Assembly: GCA_964595465.1 (NCBI GenBank)
Contig: CAZQQI010000001.1
Coordinates: 4,952-68,951, forward strand
Length of the DNA stretch: 64,000 nt
Source of the DNA: an uncultured Planctomycetales bacterium
GTDB lineage: Bacteria; Omnitrophota; Gorgyraeia; Zapsychrales; JANLHA01
Direction of reading: 5' to 3'
Shown: positions 36,689-48,507 of the stretch, in pieces
Numbering within the stretch: position 1 is the first letter of the stretch
How the letters are laid out: every line of letters begins with the position of its first letter
The notes under the pieces: model-generated
What the model was told of the DNA's origin: nothing
The model's input: the letters and a program-made list of their open reading frames with translations, nothing else
The model's database searches: none
Made by a program: the position numbers and the translations under genes

Positions 36689-37069
36689 TTAAAAATCCAA
36701 GCCGTTTTCCCGGGCGGCATCCGCAAAGGCCTTCACGCGGCCGTGGTATAGATACCCGCCCCGGTCAAAACAGACCTTGGTCACTCCCTTAGCTTTTGCG
36801 GCCTCAGCAAAGGCCTTGCCCAAAGCTGCTGCCGCAGAAATATTTCCGCCTTTGCTATCAATTTGAGACGCAACATCTTTATTCAGTGTCGTCATCCCAA
36901 ATAACACCTTACTGCTCGTGTCATCGATAACTTGCGCCGAGAAATTCTTCAGACTGCGATGCACGCACAGCCGTGGGACATCCGGAGTACCGGATAAGCG
37001 TTTACGAATGCGGCGGTGCTTGGAAATACGGTTGATCTCACGAATATTTTGTTTTTTTCGAATACGCAT
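36689..37069 (-). CDS. rplR: 50S ribosomal protein L18
   Basis: PRL.V.RS, FDRGGY.YHGRV. Confidence 0.97.
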   Translation of the reverse strand: MRIRKKQNIREINRISKHRRIRKRLSGTPDVPRLCVHRSLKNFSAQVIDDTSSKVLFGMTTLNKDVASQIDSKGGNISAAAALGKAFAEAAKAKGVTKVCFDRGGYLYHGRVKAFADAARENGLDF

Positions 37070-37080
37070 ATTGGATTCAC

Positions 37081-37620
37081 TTACTTTGTAACAGATTTCC
37101 CTTGTTTTCTCTTCACTGTTTCGCCGGCATAACGGATGCCTTTCCCTTTATACGGCTCGGGCGGCTTAATATCACGGATCTTAGCCGCAACCTGCCCGAC
37201 GGATGCCTTGTCGATCCCTTCGATCGATATCTCGGTCTGGCTGGGGACAGCTACCTGCACGTTTTCCGGGACATCAAACTCAACCGGATGACTTAACCCC
37301 AAGTTAAACACCACCTTCTTCCCCTGAAGCTGAGCGCGGTATCCCACACCCTGGATCTCCAAATTCTTTTTATGCCCCTCGGTAATACCTTTCAAAATAT
37401 TCTGCAGATTCGCGCGGACCGTGCCATGATTAGCCCGGTTCTGCTTGGCATCCGAAAGACGTGAAATGACCAGAGAATTCTCGTCCTGCTTCACCTCAAT
37501 GCCGTGCGGCACAGACAATTCCAACGTGCCTTTAGGCCCTTCAGCCTTGACCATGGAGTTGGCAATCGTCACCTTAACGTCCTTGGGGATACCGACCGGA
37601 ATTTTTCCTATTCTTGACAT
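37081..37620 (-). CDS. rplF: 50S ribosomal protein L6
   Basis: [17 protein letters not shown]. Confidence 0.97.
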   Translation of the reverse strand: MSRIGKIPVGIPKDVKVTIANSMVKAEGPKGTLELSVPHGIEVKQDENSLVISRLSDAKQNRANHGTVRANLQNILKGITEGHKKNLEIQGVGYRAQLQGKKVVFNLGLSHPVEFDVPENVQVAVPSQTEISIEGIDKASVGQVAAKIRDIKPPEPYKGKGIRYAGETVKRKQGKSVTK

Positions 37621-37632
37621 AATCTCTTTTCC

Positions 37633-38028
37633 TTACCAAATATGACAGACAACCTCACCGCCGGTCCGCATCTTTCGAGCATCACGGTCGGCAAGAACGC
37701 CTTTTGAAGTTGAAATGACCGCGGTTCCCAGTCCATTGAGAACGCGGGGAACTTTTTTCCCGGAAGCATACACCCTCAGCCCGGGTTTGGAAATCCGTTT
37801 CAAACCGATGATCGCCGGATTTTTGCCGTTGTATTTTAAATACACCCGGTATGTTCCCTGAACATTGTTTTTCAGGAGGCGGAAATCTTCAACATATCCG
37901 TCCGCCTTAAAAATTTCCAGAATACGCCCGACCGATTTGGAAGCCGGAATGTCCACAGTCTCCTTTCGGACCTGCTGGGCGTTACGGATATTTGTCAGCA
38001 TATTCGCAATGGGATCATTTAATGACAT
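37633..38028 (-). CDS. rpsH: 30S ribosomal protein S8
   Basis: DPI..MLT.IRN, SKPGLRVY, STSKG. Confidence 0.97.
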   Translation of the reverse strand: MSLNDPIANMLTNIRNAQQVRKETVDIPASKSVGRILEIFKADGYVEDFRLLKNNVQGTYRVYLKYNGKNPAIIGLKRISKPGLRVYASGKKVPRVLNGLGTAVISTSKGVLADRDARKMRTGGEVVCHIW

Positions 38029-38052
38029 CGTTTGTCCTCTTACTTAACGTTT

Positions 38053-38238
38053 TTACCAGCTGGCCTTTTTCACTCCGGGGATCTCACCCTTCCACGCCAG
38101 TTCACGGAAACAGATCCGGCATAATCCGAAGCGGCGCAGGTACCCCTTAGGGCGGCCGCACAGCTGACAGCGGTTATGCTGCCGCACGGAAAATTTCGGT
38201 GTTTTATTCGCTTTATTGATCATTGCTTTACGTGCCAT
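38053..38238 (-). CDS. rpsN: 30S ribosomal protein S14 (type Z, Zn-binding)
   Basis: RCQLCGR...CRICFRE. Confidence 0.96.
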   Translation of the reverse strand: MARKAMINKANKTPKFSVRQHNRCQLCGRPKGYLRRFGLCRICFRELAWKGEIPGVKKASW

Positions 38239-38243
38239 AGAAG

Positions 38244-38828
38244 CTACTCTTCCTTCTTTTGCTCTTTACGGAACGGCATCCCGAACTGGCTCAGCAGTTC
38301 CATCGTAGACTCTTTCGGACCCCGGTTAAATACAAACGTGATATCCATACCCTGCGCCCGCTGGATCTGCCCGCTTTCGATCTCCGGAAAGATGGCCTGG
38401 TCCGATATCCCGATGGAATAATTGCCGAAACGGTCGAAGGCTTTGCGCGATACCCCGCGAAAGTCGCGGATACGCGGCAGACAGACATTGATAAAACGGT
38501 CCAGAAATTCGTACATCTTAGCGCGCCGCAGGGTCACTTTGCACCCAACCGGCAGCCCCTTGCGGAGTTTGAAATTCGAAATCGCCACGCGGGACCGGCG
38601 CACAGACGGTTTTTGACCCGTGATCTTTTCCATGTCGCTGCTCGCCGATTCCAGCAGCTTAATATCCTGTATCGCTTCCCCCACCCCCATATTCACGACG
38701 ATCTTCTTAAGCCGCGGTACAGCCATCGGATTTGTGATCTTAAACTTTTCCTGCAGAGAGGGGACGACCTCCTGGAAATATTTTTCCTGCATCCGGGGAA
38801 TCGGTTTTTTATCGACTGCTTTTTCCAT
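38244..38828 (-). CDS. rplE: 50S ribosomal protein L5
   Basis: [21 protein letters not shown]. Confidence 0.97.
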   Translation of the reverse strand: MEKAVDKKPIPRMQEKYFQEVVPSLQEKFKITNPMAVPRLKKIVVNMGVGEAIQDIKLLESASSDMEKITGQKPSVRRSRVAISNFKLRKGLPVGCKVTLRRAKMYEFLDRFINVCLPRIRDFRGVSRKAFDRFGNYSIGISDQAIFPEIESGQIQRAQGMDITFVFNRGPKESTMELLSQFGMPFRKEQKKEE

Positions 38829-39139
38829 TAAAGAACCTCACCGCTTTTTTTACTGACTCTCACTTTGGAGCCGTCTTTTAAAATCTTGGTGCCGGCACGT
38901 GTCGGGGTGCCGCTCTTTTTATCAATCAGCATCACATTAGAAATATGCATCGGCATCTCCAGCTCAACAAAACCGCCTTCCTGATCCTGCTGGGTGCGCC
39001 GGCGGGATTTCTTGGCCATGTTGATTTTCTCAACCAGAACACGGTCTTCTGCGGGAAAAACTTTCAGCACCGTACCGGTCTTTCCTTTATCTTTTCCGGC
39101 GATGATCTTCACTTTATCATTTTTTTTGATCCGTAACAT
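38828..39139 (-). CDS. rplX: 50S ribosomal protein L24
   Basis: I.GKDKGK.G, H.SNV. Confidence 0.96.
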   Translation of the reverse strand: MLRIKKNDKVKIIAGKDKGKTGTVLKVFPAEDRVLVEKINMAKKSRRRTQQDQEGGFVELEMPMHISNVMLIDKKSGTPTRAGTKILKDGSKVRVSKKSGEVL

Positions 39140-39140
39140 C

Positions 39141-39509
39141 TTAAACAACCTCAGGGGCTAATGAAATAATTTTCATGTAATCCAAGTTTCTCAATTCCCT
39201 GGCCACCGGCCCGAAAACGCGGGTGCCGCGGGGATTGCCGTTATCATCAATGACCACGATCGCGTTGCTGTCAAACCGCACCGCTGTTCCATCTGCCCGC
39301 TTGATCGGAAATATCTGACGGACCACAACACCCTTGATTAGTGTTCCTTTTTTAATCGGAGAGTCCGGCGCGGCCTCTTTGACGTTAGCGCGGACAACAT
39401 CACCGACCTGGGCCCATTTGCGCCCTTTACTATTCAGGACACCGATCACCGACGCCTTGCGGACACCAGAATTATCAGCCACATTTAATAATGATTTCAT
39501 ATACAGCAT
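39141..39509 (-). CDS. rplN: 50S ribosomal protein L14
   Basis: VADNSG, GTRVFGPV.RELR, SLAPEV. Confidence 0.97.
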   Translation of the reverse strand: MLYMKSLLNVADNSGVRKASVIGVLNSKGRKWAQVGDVVRANVKEAAPDSPIKKGTLIKGVVVRQIFPIKRADGTAVRFDSNAIVVIDDNGNPRGTRVFGPVARELRNLDYMKIISLAPEVV

Positions 39510-39520
39510 GCTGTCCCGCC

Positions 39521-39778
39521 TTATGATTGGTTCACCACGTCCATGATCACCCAGCGCTTGTCTTTGGACAGGCGGCGGGTTTCCATAATTTTTACCCGGT
39601 CACCCACGCGGGTTTTATTTTCCTCATCATGGGCTTTAAATTTTTTCGCGCTGCGCACCGTTTTATGATACTTCTCATGTTTGGAAATATTGAGTACCTG
39701 CACCACGCGGGTCTTGCTCATTTTGTCAGAGACAACGGTCCCGGTCAGCGTTCTGCGTAGATTTTCACGATTTGACAT
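39521..39778 (-). CDS. rpsQ: 30S ribosomal protein S17
   Basis: G.VVSDKM.KT, AHDE.N, LSK.KRW. Confidence 0.96.
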   Translation of the reverse strand: MSNRENLRRTLTGTVVSDKMSKTRVVQVLNISKHEKYHKTVRSAKKFKAHDEENKTRVGDRVKIMETRRLSKDKRWVIMDVVNQS

Positions 39779-39971
39779 CTTTTTTCGCTCTCTCATTCAG
39801 GATCGTTAATATGCGTGCTATATCCTTGCGCAGTTTTTTGAACAAAGCCGGCTTTTCCACCCGCCCGATCTTGCGCTGATAATTCAAATCGAAAAGCTCT
39901 TTTTTCAGACCCTTTTCTTTCTGAATCAAATCATCCGTACTTAATGCTGTCAGTTCCTGCATCTTCATCAT
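39765..39971 (-). CDS. rpmC: 50S ribosomal protein L29
   Basis: ELF.L, RKDIARI.T; operon position. Confidence 0.94.
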   Translation of the reverse strand: MMKMQELTALSTDDLIQKEKGLKKELFDLNYQRKIGRVEKPALFKKLRKDIARILTILNERAKKDVKS

Positions 39972-39984
39972 CTTTCCTCGTGTA

Positions 39985-40401
39985 TTATTGCGTTTCCCGC
40001 GTGACAAACCTTGTTTTAAAAGGCAGTTTGAATGCGACCAGGCGGAAAATCAATTTAGCAAAATCTTCCGGAATCCCTCCGAGTTCTAAGACGATCTTTC
40101 CCCGTTTGACCGGGCAAACCCAATGCGACAGATCACCCTTTCCCTTACCCATGCGTGTTTCGGCAGGCTTTTTGGTGATCGGTTTGCGCGGAAAGACCTT
40201 GATCCACAATTTTCCAGCACCTTTCATCTTGCGTGCAACTGTCAGACGAGAAGCCTCCATATGGTTGGAGCTCATCATCCCGTTCTCCAGAGCCTTGAGA
40301 CCGTATTCTCCAAAGGTCAGTTTACTGCCGCGTGTGGCAATCCCGCGGTTCTTTCCCTTTTGGGCCTTGCGAAATTTGACTTTTCTAGGCATTAACAACA
40401 T
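39985..40401 (-). CDS. rplP: 50S ribosomal protein L16
   Basis: KP.ETRMGKGKG, KLP. Confidence 0.97.
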   Translation of the reverse strand: MLLMPRKVKFRKAQKGKNRGIATRGSKLTFGEYGLKALENGMMSSNHMEASRLTVARKMKGAGKLWIKVFPRKPITKKPAETRMGKGKGDLSHWVCPVKRGKIVLELGGIPEDFAKLIFRLVAFKLPFKTRFVTRETQ

Positions 40402-40419
40402 AATATCTCTCCTCGAGTC

Positions 40420-41088
40420 TTACGCTTTGCTCTTCTGCGACTGCGGCTGCTTCTTCTTTTTAGGAATCACTTCTCCGTGATAGATCCAGGCCTTGACGCC
40501 GATCACGCCGTACGTCGTACGGGCTTCAGTAAACCCGTAATCCACATCCGCCCGCAACGTCTGCAGAGGCAAAGCGCCTTCATGATAACTTTCACGGCGG
40601 GCGATTTCAGCACCGCCCAAACGTCCAGCCACGGCTATTTTAATCCCCTTGACCCCGGACTGTATAGACTGATCAATCGCTCTCTTAACCGCGCGGCGGA
40701 AGGAAACCCGCTTTTCCAGCTGGAACGCGACATTCTGGGCCACCAGCTGAGCGTCCAGGGCCGGATTTTTGATCTCGATAATATCAATAGAAAGATCACG
40801 CGTCGTGATCTTGCCTAATTGAGATCTCAGACGGTCAATATCCGCTCCCCGGCGTCCGATAATCACACCAGGACGGGCTGAAGCGATCTTAATCTTGATC
40901 TGATCCCCCATGCGCTCAATATTAATATAAGAAACCGCGGCATGACCATAATTTTTGCGGATATACTGCCGGATCTTATAATCCTGATGAATATTTTTGG
41001 CGTAATCTTTGGGGTCGGCATACCAGACACTGCGCCAGTCTTTATTGATTCCTACGCGTAGAATATATGGATGAACTTTCTGTCCCAC
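40420..41088 (-). CDS. rpsC: 30S ribosomal protein S3
   Basis: GQKVHP, PG.IIG..G, GRL.GAEIAR. Confidence 0.97.
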   Translation of the reverse strand: MGQKVHPYILRVGINKDWRSVWYADPKDYAKNIHQDYKIRQYIRKNYGHAAVSYINIERMGDQIKIKIASARPGVIIGRRGADIDRLRSQLGKITTRDLSIDIIEIKNPALDAQLVAQNVAFQLEKRVSFRRAVKRAIDQSIQSGVKGIKIAVAGRLGGAEIARRESYHEGALPLQTLRADVDYGFTEARTTYGVIGVKAWIYHGEVIPKKKKQPQSQKSKA

Positions 41089-41099
41089 GTATGCAACTC

Positions 41100-41435
41100 C
41101 TATTTAGTAGCCAGATCCAATTCGATCGTTAAATGTGTGGTCCGCTTAATGATCCCTGTCGCGCGTCCAAAAGGGGCGGCACGGAACCGTTTCCAGCTGG
41201 GTCCCTGGTCAGCGCGGATCTTGGAAATCACCAGCTGATCCTCGTCGAGTCCTTTTTGTCGAGCATTACTCACCGCGGAATTCAGCACCTTGGTGATCAG
41301 CGGAGTACACCCTTTGCGTGTCTGCGAAAGAATCGCCAGGGATGTGGAAACCCCTTTGCCCCGGATCAGATCGATAACCGGCCTGACCTTGGTCGGGGAA
41401 ACGCGTACATATCGGGCTTTTGCTTGTGCAATCAT
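41100..41435 (-). CDS. rplV: 50S ribosomal protein L22
   Basis: R.SP.K.R, SA..NA, GRA. Confidence 0.96.
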   Translation of the reverse strand: MIAQAKARYVRVSPTKVRPVIDLIRGKGVSTSLAILSQTRKGCTPLITKVLNSAVSNARQKGLDEDQLVISKIRADQGPSWKRFRAAPFGRATGIIKRTTHLTIELDLATK

Positions 41436-41466
41436 CTCTTTGCCTCAAATTCTGCTGTTAAATCCG

Positions 41467-41754
41467 TTAAGTCTTTTGCGGAACTTTCTTCGCCTTGACC
41501 CCGCCGTGTGTACGAAAGGTCCGTGTCGGCGCGAAATCTCCGAATTTGTAACCGACCATGTTTTCCGTAATATAAATCGGAAGATGTTTGCGTCCGTCAT
41601 GGACAGATACCGTATAGCCGACGAATTCCGGCGTAATGGTTGAACGGCGAGACCAGGTCTTGATCGGTTCTTTTCGTCCGCCCTGTTCCATGCGCTGCAG
41701 CTTTTTCAGCAGCGATTCATCGACAAACGGCCCTTTTTTAATTGATCTGGGCAT
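41467..41754 (-). CDS. rpsS: 30S ribosomal protein S19
   Basis: RS.KKGPF, TWSRRS, FAPTR. Confidence 0.97.
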   Translation of the reverse strand: MPRSIKKGPFVDESLLKKLQRMEQGGRKEPIKTWSRRSTITPEFVGYTVSVHDGRKHLPIYITENMVGYKFGDFAPTRTFRTHGGVKAKKVPQKT

Positions 41755-41755
41755 A

Positions 41756-42592
41756 TTACTTTGTCCTTCGCTTTACAATGTATTTATCAGAATATTTTCT
41801 GCGTTTGCGGGTTTTCAGACCCTTGGTCGCCTTGCCCCACGGGGTTACCGGATGCGGGTTCCCCTGCGGCGCTTTTCCTTCACCGCCTCCATGAGGATGA
41901 TCCACCGGGTTCATCGCCACACCACGGACATGTCCGCGGCGTCCCAGCCAGCGGGATCTCCCGGCCTTACCTAAAGATTTTGTTTCATGTTCCACATTTC
42001 CCATCTGCCCGATGGTCGCGCGGCAGCGGATCGGAACCCGCCGGACCTCGCTCGAGGGCATGCGCAGCAGCGCGAATCCGCCTTCTTTAGCCATCAGCTG
42101 AGCCGACGTCCCTGCCGAACGGGCCAGCTGTCCGCCCTTGCCGGGCTGAAGTTCAATATTATGAACCGCGGTGCCCAAGGGGACCTTGCTCAGAGGCATA
42201 CAATTCCCGACGCTGATATCAATATCCTTGTCCACCGTGCTGTAAATGACATCTCCGACCTTGATCTCCAATGGGGCCAGGATATACGCCTTTTGTTCAT
42301 CAGGATACTGGATCAAGGCAATACGCGCAGAACGATTGGGATCATATTCGATCGCCGTAACAGTCGCCGGTTCGTCCAGACGCACGCGCTTGAAGTCAAC
42401 CAGGCGGTACATCCTCTTATGCCCCCCGCCCCGATAGCGGCTGGTGATCCGTCCGTTGGCGTTACGTCCGCCGGTTTTTTTGAGCGGGCGAACCAGAGAC
42501 TTTTCCGGCTTCTTCTTGGTGATCTCAGAGAAATCCGAGATAACCGTATGCCGTAATGAACTTGTTGTTGGTCTGAATCGTTTTAAACCCAC
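41756..42592 (-). CDS. rplB: 50S ribosomal protein L2
   Basis: [22 protein letters not shown]. Confidence 0.98.
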   Translation of the reverse strand: MGLKRFRPTTSSLRHTVISDFSEITKKKPEKSLVRPLKKTGGRNANGRITSRYRGGGHKRMYRLVDFKRVRLDEPATVTAIEYDPNRSARIALIQYPDEQKAYILAPLEIKVGDVIYSTVDKDIDISVGNCMPLSKVPLGTAVHNIELQPGKGGQLARSAGTSAQLMAKEGGFALLRMPSSEVRRVPIRCRATIGQMGNVEHETKSLGKAGRSRWLGRRGHVRGVAMNPVDHPHGGGEGKAPQGNPHPVTPWGKATKGLKTRKRRKYSDKYIVKRRTK

Positions 42593-42611
42593 AATAATAC
42601 CTCGAGTATTT

Positions 42612-42890
42612 TTAGGTCACATTAATGCTGTGACCCTCTTTCAGGGTCACAATAGCTTTCTTCCATGGCGTGGTATGACCATATTCCCGGCGCACACGTT
42701 TCCGTTTCCCGGGCATGGTGATCATATTGACCGCAGAAACCTTGACACCGTAGATCTCCTCCACGGCCTTTTTGATCTCGATCTTGTTAGCGCGCGGTTT
42801 GGCCTCAAAAACATATTTTCTATCTGCTTCCAGGTCAGCGCTTTTTTCGGTACGGATCAAAGTTCGGATAATATCGTAACTGGTAATCAT
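42612..42890 (-). CDS. rplW: 50S ribosomal protein L23
   Basis: TEKS, K.EIK.AVE, WKKA.V.L. Confidence 0.96.
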   Translation of the reverse strand: MITSYDIIRTLIRTEKSADLEADRKYVFEAKPRANKIEIKKAVEEIYGVKVSAVNMITMPGKRKRVRREYGHTTPWKKAIVTLKEGHSINVT

Positions 42891-42895
42891 AATGT

Positions 42896-43522
42896 TCACT
42901 TACTGTTAATGCGGTCCATGACCGTTTTAAAGGCTGTTTGGGTTAAAAGGACATACTTATTGCGTATCAGATCATAGGCTGTCACATCTTCCGCCCGAAT
43001 TATCTCAAAACGCGGGATATTGCGTCCAGCCAGCTTGATGCTTTCATCGCACCCTTCTAACAAAGCCAGCGTCTTTCCGTTCAAGTTCAATGTCTTAAGG
43101 ATACCCGCGACCTCGCGTGTTTTTTTGAACTCATCTTTCAGTTCCTCAATGAACACGACCTGACCGCCCTGTACTTTGGCATTCAGACTTTCCCGCAACG
43201 CGGCCCGGCGCATCTTTTTCGGCAAAGAATATCCAAAATCCCGCGGACGCGGACCAAATACCACACCGCCTCCGATAAACTGCGGCGCGCGGATCGAACC
43301 CTGACGGGCACGTCCGGTCCCCTTCTGGCGGTAAGGCTTTCTTCCTCCGCCGCGCACATCAGCGCGCTCTTTGGTCGATGCTGTTCCCTGACGCTGGTTA
43401 GCGCGGTACATCAGCATCGCCTGATGAATGATATCAGACTTGATCCGTTTGCCGAAAATATCATCGGACAGATCAATCTGGTCAGTTTCTTTCCCTTTTT
43501 TATCGAGTACAGGCAATTTCAT
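42896..43522 (-). CDS. rplD: 50S ribosomal protein L4
   Basis: QKGTGRAR.GS.R.P...GGG..FGP. Confidence 0.97.
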   Translation of the reverse strand: MKLPVLDKKGKETDQIDLSDDIFGKRIKSDIIHQAMLMYRANQRQGTASTKERADVRGGGRKPYRQKGTGRARQGSIRAPQFIGGGVVFGPRPRDFGYSLPKKMRRAALRESLNAKVQGGQVVFIEELKDEFKKTREVAGILKTLNLNGKTLALLEGCDESIKLAGRNIPRFEIIRAEDVTAYDLIRNKYVLLTQTAFKTVMDRINSK

Positions 43523-43527
43523 AATGA

Positions 43528-44235
43528 CTACTTACCTTTCGCCTTGGACTTACTCTGCTTCATCGGATTACGCGCCTTAGCCACATTGGCCGGTTTGTCA
43601 TCCAGAGAACGATAGGCTTTTTTCTTTGATCGGTTAATTTCCACCAGACAGTTTTTCGGCCCCGGAACCGCGCCCTTGATCAGCAGCAGATGATTTTCCG
43701 CATCAACTTCCATAACCCGCAGGCTCTGCGTGGTCGTGCGGTTATTCCCCATCTGGCCGGGCAAATGGATCCCTTTCATAGTGCGTGACGGCGTCGCGCA
43801 GGCGCCGATAGCCCCGACACGGCGGTGATGCATGGATCCGTGTCCGCCGGGACCTCCGGACCAGCCCCAACGCTTCATCCCGCCCTGAAATCCTTTTCCC
43901 TTGGACACCGCAGAAACATCCACGAAATCACCGGCCTTAAAAATATCCGCCTGAACAGCCTTGCCGACCTCATACTCGCTGTTATCCTGCGATTCAAATT
44001 CACGGATATAACGGTGAGGCGCAACACCGGCTTTTTTAAAATAGCCCTTTTGCGGATTTTTCACGCGCTGCTCTTTAATTGGTTGAAAAGCCAGTGTCAC
44101 CTTGAGCTTGGGATCATCCTTAAGCTCGAGGATCGGACACGGACCAGCTTCAACAACCGTGACCGGGATCACATTCCCGTCCTTGTCAAAGACCTGCGTC
44201 ATGCCTAATTTTTTACCCAAAAGACCTCTAATCAT
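43528..44235 (-). CDS. rplC: 50S ribosomal protein L3
   Basis: G.K.GMTQ, KGKGFQG, HGS, KGAVPG. Confidence 0.97.
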   Translation of the reverse strand: MIRGLLGKKLGMTQVFDKDGNVIPVTVVEAGPCPILELKDDPKLKVTLAFQPIKEQRVKNPQKGYFKKAGVAPHRYIREFESQDNSEYEVGKAVQADIFKAGDFVDVSAVSKGKGFQGGMKRWGWSGGPGGHGSMHHRRVGAIGACATPSRTMKGIHLPGQMGNNRTTTQSLRVMEVDAENHLLLIKGAVPGPKNCLVEINRSKKKAYRSLDDKPANVAKARNPMKQSKSKAKGK

Positions 44236-44269
44236 AATAGCATCTCACGTCGTTGCGCCGGAGCAGTGA

Positions 44270-44572
44270 TCATTGTTTGATTTCAACGTCCACACCCGCC
44301 GGCAAATTCAATTTGCGCATAGATTCCACAGTTTTGGCTGTCGGCTCGAGCAGATCGATCAGACGTTTATGAATGATCAGATGAAACTGCTCGCGGGACT
44401 TCTTGTTGACATGCGGTGAACGCAGGACCGTATACAACTCTTTTTTGGTCGGCAGCGGGATCGGGCCGGACACCTTGGCCCCGGTCCGCATTGCGGTTTC
44501 TACGATCTCCTGTGTCGACTGATCGATCAGCCGGTGGTCATAAGCTTTTAATTTGATACGTATTTTTTGCAT
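44270..44572 (-). CDS. rpsJ: 30S ribosomal protein S10
   Basis: IRI.LKAYD, GPIPLPT, RSPH..K.SREQF. Confidence 0.97.
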   Translation of the reverse strand: MQKIRIKLKAYDHRLIDQSTQEIVETAMRTGAKVSGPIPLPTKKELYTVLRSPHVNKKSREQFHLIIHKRLIDLLEPTAKTVESMRKLNLPAGVDVEIKQ

Positions 44573-44590
44573 AATTCTGCCATGTTTGGG

Positions 44591-44623
44591 AACCCCGTCC
44601 TCCCCCGAAGGAAGGACGGGGTC
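44591..44623 (-). promoter_or_regulatory. 14-bp GC-rich hairpin (cUUCGg loop) in the tuf-rpsJ spacer
   Basis: GACCCCGUCCUUCC-UUCGG-GGGAGGACGGGGUU; no U-tract follows. Confidence 0.7.
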
Positions 44624-44680
44624 ATATTAAAAACCTTTTAACATCATCACAGACCCTCGGCCTATGTTTTTTCCGGATAA

Positions 44681-45874
44681 TTATTCCAGGATCTCGGCAA
44701 CCACACCGGCCCCGACAGTCCGCCCGCCTTCACGGATCGCGAAACGCAGTTCTTTCTCCATAGCGACCGGAGTGATCAATTCAACCGTCAGCTCAACATT
44801 ATCGCCGGGCATGCACATCTCTGTGCCTTCCGGCAGTTCGGCTGTCCCGGTCACATCAGTCGTGCGGAAATAAAACTGCGGACGATACCCCTTAAAGAAC
44901 GGAGTATGCCGTCCGCCTTCTTCTTTCGTCAGGACGTAAACTGAGGTTTTGAATTTTTTATGAGGTGTGATCGAGCCCTTGGCGGCTAAAACCTGACCGC
45001 GTTCGATCGAGTCCTTATCCACACCGCGCAGCAGCAGACCGACATTGTCCCCGGCCTGTCCTTCGTCCAGTTCTTTGCGGAACATCTCAACACCGGTGAC
45101 AACCGTCTGGCTGATATCTTCCTTCATCCCGACAATGTCGACTTCCTGACCAACCTTGATCTTTCCGCGTTCGATACGGCCGGTGGCCACGGTGCCGCGT
45201 CCGGAGATCGAAAAAACATCTTCGACCGCCATCAGAAACGGCTTATCCAGTTCGCGTTCCGGTTCCGGGATCCACTCATCAACCGCGTCCATCAATTCAA
45301 TGATCGGCTTGGTTTTCTCTTCATCGGTCGGATTGTTCAGCGATTCCAGAGCGCTCCCCTTAATGATCGGAGTATTGTCGCCGTCATAGTCATATTTGCT
45401 AAGCATTTCACGCAGTTCCATCTCAACCAGTTCCAGCAATTCCGGGTCATCAACCTGGTCGCACTTGTTCATAAAGACCACCAGACGGGGAACATTCACC
45501 TGACGCGCAAGCAGGATATGCTCACGGGTTTGAGGCATGGCCCCGTCTGCAGCAGAAACAACCAGAATCGCGCCGTCCATCTGCGCAGCCCCGGTAATCA
45601 TGTTCTTAATATAGTCTGCGTGACCCGGGCAATCGATATGGGCATAATGGCGCTTGTCCGTCTGATACTCGAGGTGAGCAATATTGATCGTCACGCCGCG
45701 TTCACGCTCCTCCGGCGCGTTATCGATAGAATCATAGGAACGCAGCTCACTCAAACCCTTTCCTGACAGGATCGTCGTTATGGCCGCACTCAGGGTAGTT
45801 TTCCCGTGGTCAACGTGACCGATTGTTCCGACGTTCAAGTGAGGTTTACTTCTGACAAACTTTTCTTTAGCCAT
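44681..45874 (-). CDS. tuf: Elongation factor Tu
   Basis: [21 protein letters not shown]. Confidence 0.99.
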   Translation of the reverse strand: MAKEKFVRSKPHLNVGTIGHVDHGKTTLSAAITTILSGKGLSELRSYDSIDNAPEERERGVTINIAHLEYQTDKRHYAHIDCPGHADYIKNMITGAAQMDGAILVVSAADGAMPQTREHILLARQVNVPRLVVFMNKCDQVDDPELLELVEMELREMLSKYDYDGDNTPIIKGSALESLNNPTDEEKTKPIIELMDAVDEWIPEPERELDKPFLMAVEDVFSISGRGTVATGRIERGKIKVGQEVDIVGMKEDISQTVVTGVEMFRKELDEGQAGDNVGLLLRGVDKDSIERGQVLAAKGSITPHKKFKTSVYVLTKEEGGRHTPFFKGYRPQFYFRTTDVTGTAELPEGTEMCMPGDNVELTVELITPVAMEKELRFAIREGGRTVGAGVVAEILE

Positions 45875-45916
45875 AACTCCCCTCCTTCTTATCTTGAGAT
45901 TTTGTTTCTGTGTGTT

Positions 45917-48010
45917 TTATTTCTTTCCCGCTTCACGCTCGCCGCGGATCTGGTCCCCGATATATTGAGGGACTTCACCGTAGTATGCCGGCTCCATGGA
46001 AAATGAGGCGCGGCCCTGGGTCAAAGAACGCAAGGCATTGGCGTAATTAAACATCTCAGCCAAAGGGACCTCGACCCGCGCAGTCTTGAGTTTTCCGCGG
46101 TCACCCAGCTCAACGATCTTGGCGCGGCGGGTGTTCAAGTCTCCAATCACCGAACCCATAAATTCTTCCGGAACAGCGACCTCCAGGTTCATGATCGGCT
46201 CAAGAAAAACCGGTCCGCCGCGTTTCATGCCTTCCTGAAACGCGATCCGTCCAGCCATCTGGAAAGCCAGCTCGCTGGAGTCAACCTCATGGTAGGAGCC
46301 GTCATTCAGCGTTACCGTAAAATCCGTAACCGGATAGCCGGCCAAAATCCCGGTCTGAGCGGCATTGCGGATCCCTTTCTCAACGGCAGGAATATATTCC
46401 CGCGGGATATTCCCGCCCTTAATTTTGTTAACGAATACGATTCCCTTGCCGCGCTCTTCATTGGGCTCTATGCTTACTTCGCAATGGCCGTACTGCCCGC
46501 GCCCGCCGGTCTGGGAAATAAATTTTCCGACGATCTTGTCAACTTTTTTGGTGATCGCTTCGCGGTAGGCAACCTGCGGCCGTCCGATATTACACTCCAA
46601 AGCGTGTTCGCGCTTCATGCGGTCAATAATGATCTCCAGATGGAGCTCTCCCATCCCGGACAGGATCGTCTGACCGGTCTGATCATCATACTGACAGGCC
46701 AATGATGGATCTTCATCAAGATACTTGCGGATGATCATACCCAGCTTGTCCTGGTCCGCCTTGGAATTGGGCTCCAGAGCCATAGACACGACCGGCTCAG
46801 GAATATCCATACTTTCCAGCGCGATCTTATGCTTTTCGTCGCAGATAGTATCCCCGGATTTAGTCTGTTTCAGACCGACAAGGGCCACGATCTCACCTGC
46901 TTCGACATGCTCGGCGATCTCCTGTTTGTTAGAACGCATGACCACAATTTTAGAGATACGCTCTTTTTTCTCCTGCGTGACATTATATACCGTGTCACCG
47001 GAGTCAAGACGTCCGGAATAAAACCGTGTATAAAATAATTTTCCCACGTAAGGATCAGAGGCCACCTTAAAAACCAGGCCGGCCAAAGGCTCTTTGGGAT
47101 CAGCCTTACGGGTCAACTTCTCTTCTTCATTATCAGGATTCATGCCTTGAACAGGCGGGACATCAAGGGGGGACGGAAGATATTGGGTAATTCCATCAAG
47201 TACCGGCTGGACTCCGCGGTTGCGCAGGGCCGTTCCGGTCATGACCGGGAGAAACGTGTTATTGATCACGCCTTTGCGTATCGCGTTCTGAATCTCTTCG
47301 ACCGTGATCTCTTTTTCTTCGAGAAATTTCTCCATAATGGTATCATCGGCCTCAGCCAGACGTTCGAGCATAATGTGCCGGTATTCCCTGGCCTTTTCAA
47401 CCATGTGTTCGGGGATCTCTTTGTGCTCGATCTTCATTCCGACCTCATCCGGCCAGTACATATAATCCATGGTGATCAGATCGACCAGTCCTTTAAAATC
47501 ATCTTCTCCGCCATCAGGAATCTGAACCGCCGCAGCATTACAGCCGAGCCGCTCATGGATCTCACCGAGAACACGGAAGAAGTCCGCGCCCAGACGGTCG
47601 ATCTTATTAATAAAGAAAAACCGCGGGACCTTGTAGCGGTCCGCCTGGCGCCAGACCGTTTCTGTTTGGGACTGCACACCGCTGGTCGCGCATAGAACAA
47701 CAACCGCTCCGTCTAAAACCTTTAAAGACCGTTCGACTTCGACCGTAAAGTCTACGTGACCGGGCGTATCGATGATATTGATCTTTTTGCCCTTCCAGTT
47801 GGTGGTCACATTCGCCGACGTAATGGTGATCCCGCGCTCCTGCTCCTGGGCCATCCAGTCCATGACCGCGTTACCCTGATCCACAGTTCCCATTTTATGG
47901 ATCATCCCGGTATAGAACAGGATCCTCTCGGTCGTGGTGGTTTTCCCCGCGTCGATATGCGCGATGATCCCGATATTTCTTACATCTTTTAAAGGTGTCT
48001 TACCTGCCAT
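45917..48010 (-). CDS. fusA: Elongation factor G
   Basis: [26 protein letters not shown]. Confidence 0.98.
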   Translation of the reverse strand: MAGKTPLKDVRNIGIIAHIDAGKTTTTERILFYTGMIHKMGTVDQGNAVMDWMAQEQERGITITSANVTTNWKGKKINIIDTPGHVDFTVEVERSLKVLDGAVVVLCATSGVQSQTETVWRQADRYKVPRFFFINKIDRLGADFFRVLGEIHERLGCNAAAVQIPDGGEDDFKGLVDLITMDYMYWPDEVGMKIEHKEIPEHMVEKAREYRHIMLERLAEADDTIMEKFLEEKEITVEEIQNAIRKGVINNTFLPVMTGTALRNRGVQPVLDGITQYLPSPLDVPPVQGMNPDNEEEKLTRKADPKEPLAGLVFKVASDPYVGKLFYTRFYSGRLDSGDTVYNVTQEKKERISKIVVMRSNKQEIAEHVEAGEIVALVGLKQTKSGDTICDEKHKIALESMDIPEPVVSMALEPNSKADQDKLGMIIRKYLDEDPSLACQYDDQTGQTILSGMGELHLEIIIDRMKREHALECNIGRPQVAYREAITKKVDKIVGKFISQTGGRGQYGHCEVSIEPNEERGKGIVFVNKIKGGNIPREYIPAVEKGIRNAAQTGILAGYPVTDFTVTLNDGSYHEVDSSELAFQMAGRIAFQEGMKRGGPVFLEPIMNLEVAVPEEFMGSVIGDLNTRRAKIVELGDRGKLKTARVEVPLAEMFNYANALRSLTQGRASFSMEPAYYGEVPQYIGDQIRGEREAGKK

Positions 48011-48036
48011 GATATATCCTTATCCCGTTTAAATGC

Positions 48037-48507
48037 TTACCAGCGCAGATGCGCGAAGGCTTTATTGGCGTCAGCCATTTTATGAGTTTCGTCACGCTTT
48101 TTCACGGACGGACCTTCCTTATTATATGCGGCCAAAAGCTCTTCGGCTAACTTGACCTGCATGGGCTTACCCTTTTTCTTGCGGGCGAAATCTCTGATCC
48201 AGCGGATCGCAAGCGAATTCGCACGATTCGGCGTGACTTCCACCGGGACCTGATAGGTCGACCCCCCGACCCGCCGGGACTTCAATTCCAAACGGGGACG
48301 GGCATTTTCAATGGCCTTGTTGAAGACCTTGACCCCGTCTTCACCGGAAACGCGCTCGCCCAAAGTGTCGATCGCGCCGTAGACGATCTCCTCGGCCACG
48401 GTCTTTTTCCCCTCCTGCATGATCGCGTTGACAAACCGGGCGACCAGCTGGCTGTTATACTTCGGATCCCCGGAAAGGGTCCGTTTTTCTGCGCGTCTGC
48501 GTCTCAT
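48037..48507 (-). CDS. rpsG: 30S ribosomal protein S7
   Basis: RRVGG.TYQVP, H.MA.AN.AF. Confidence 0.97.
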   Translation of the reverse strand: MRRRRAEKRTLSGDPKYNSQLVARFVNAIMQEGKKTVAEEIVYGAIDTLGERVSGEDGVKVFNKAIENARPRLELKSRRVGGSTYQVPVEVTPNRANSLAIRWIRDFARKKKGKPMQVKLAEELLAAYNKEGPSVKKRDETHKMADANKAFAHLRW

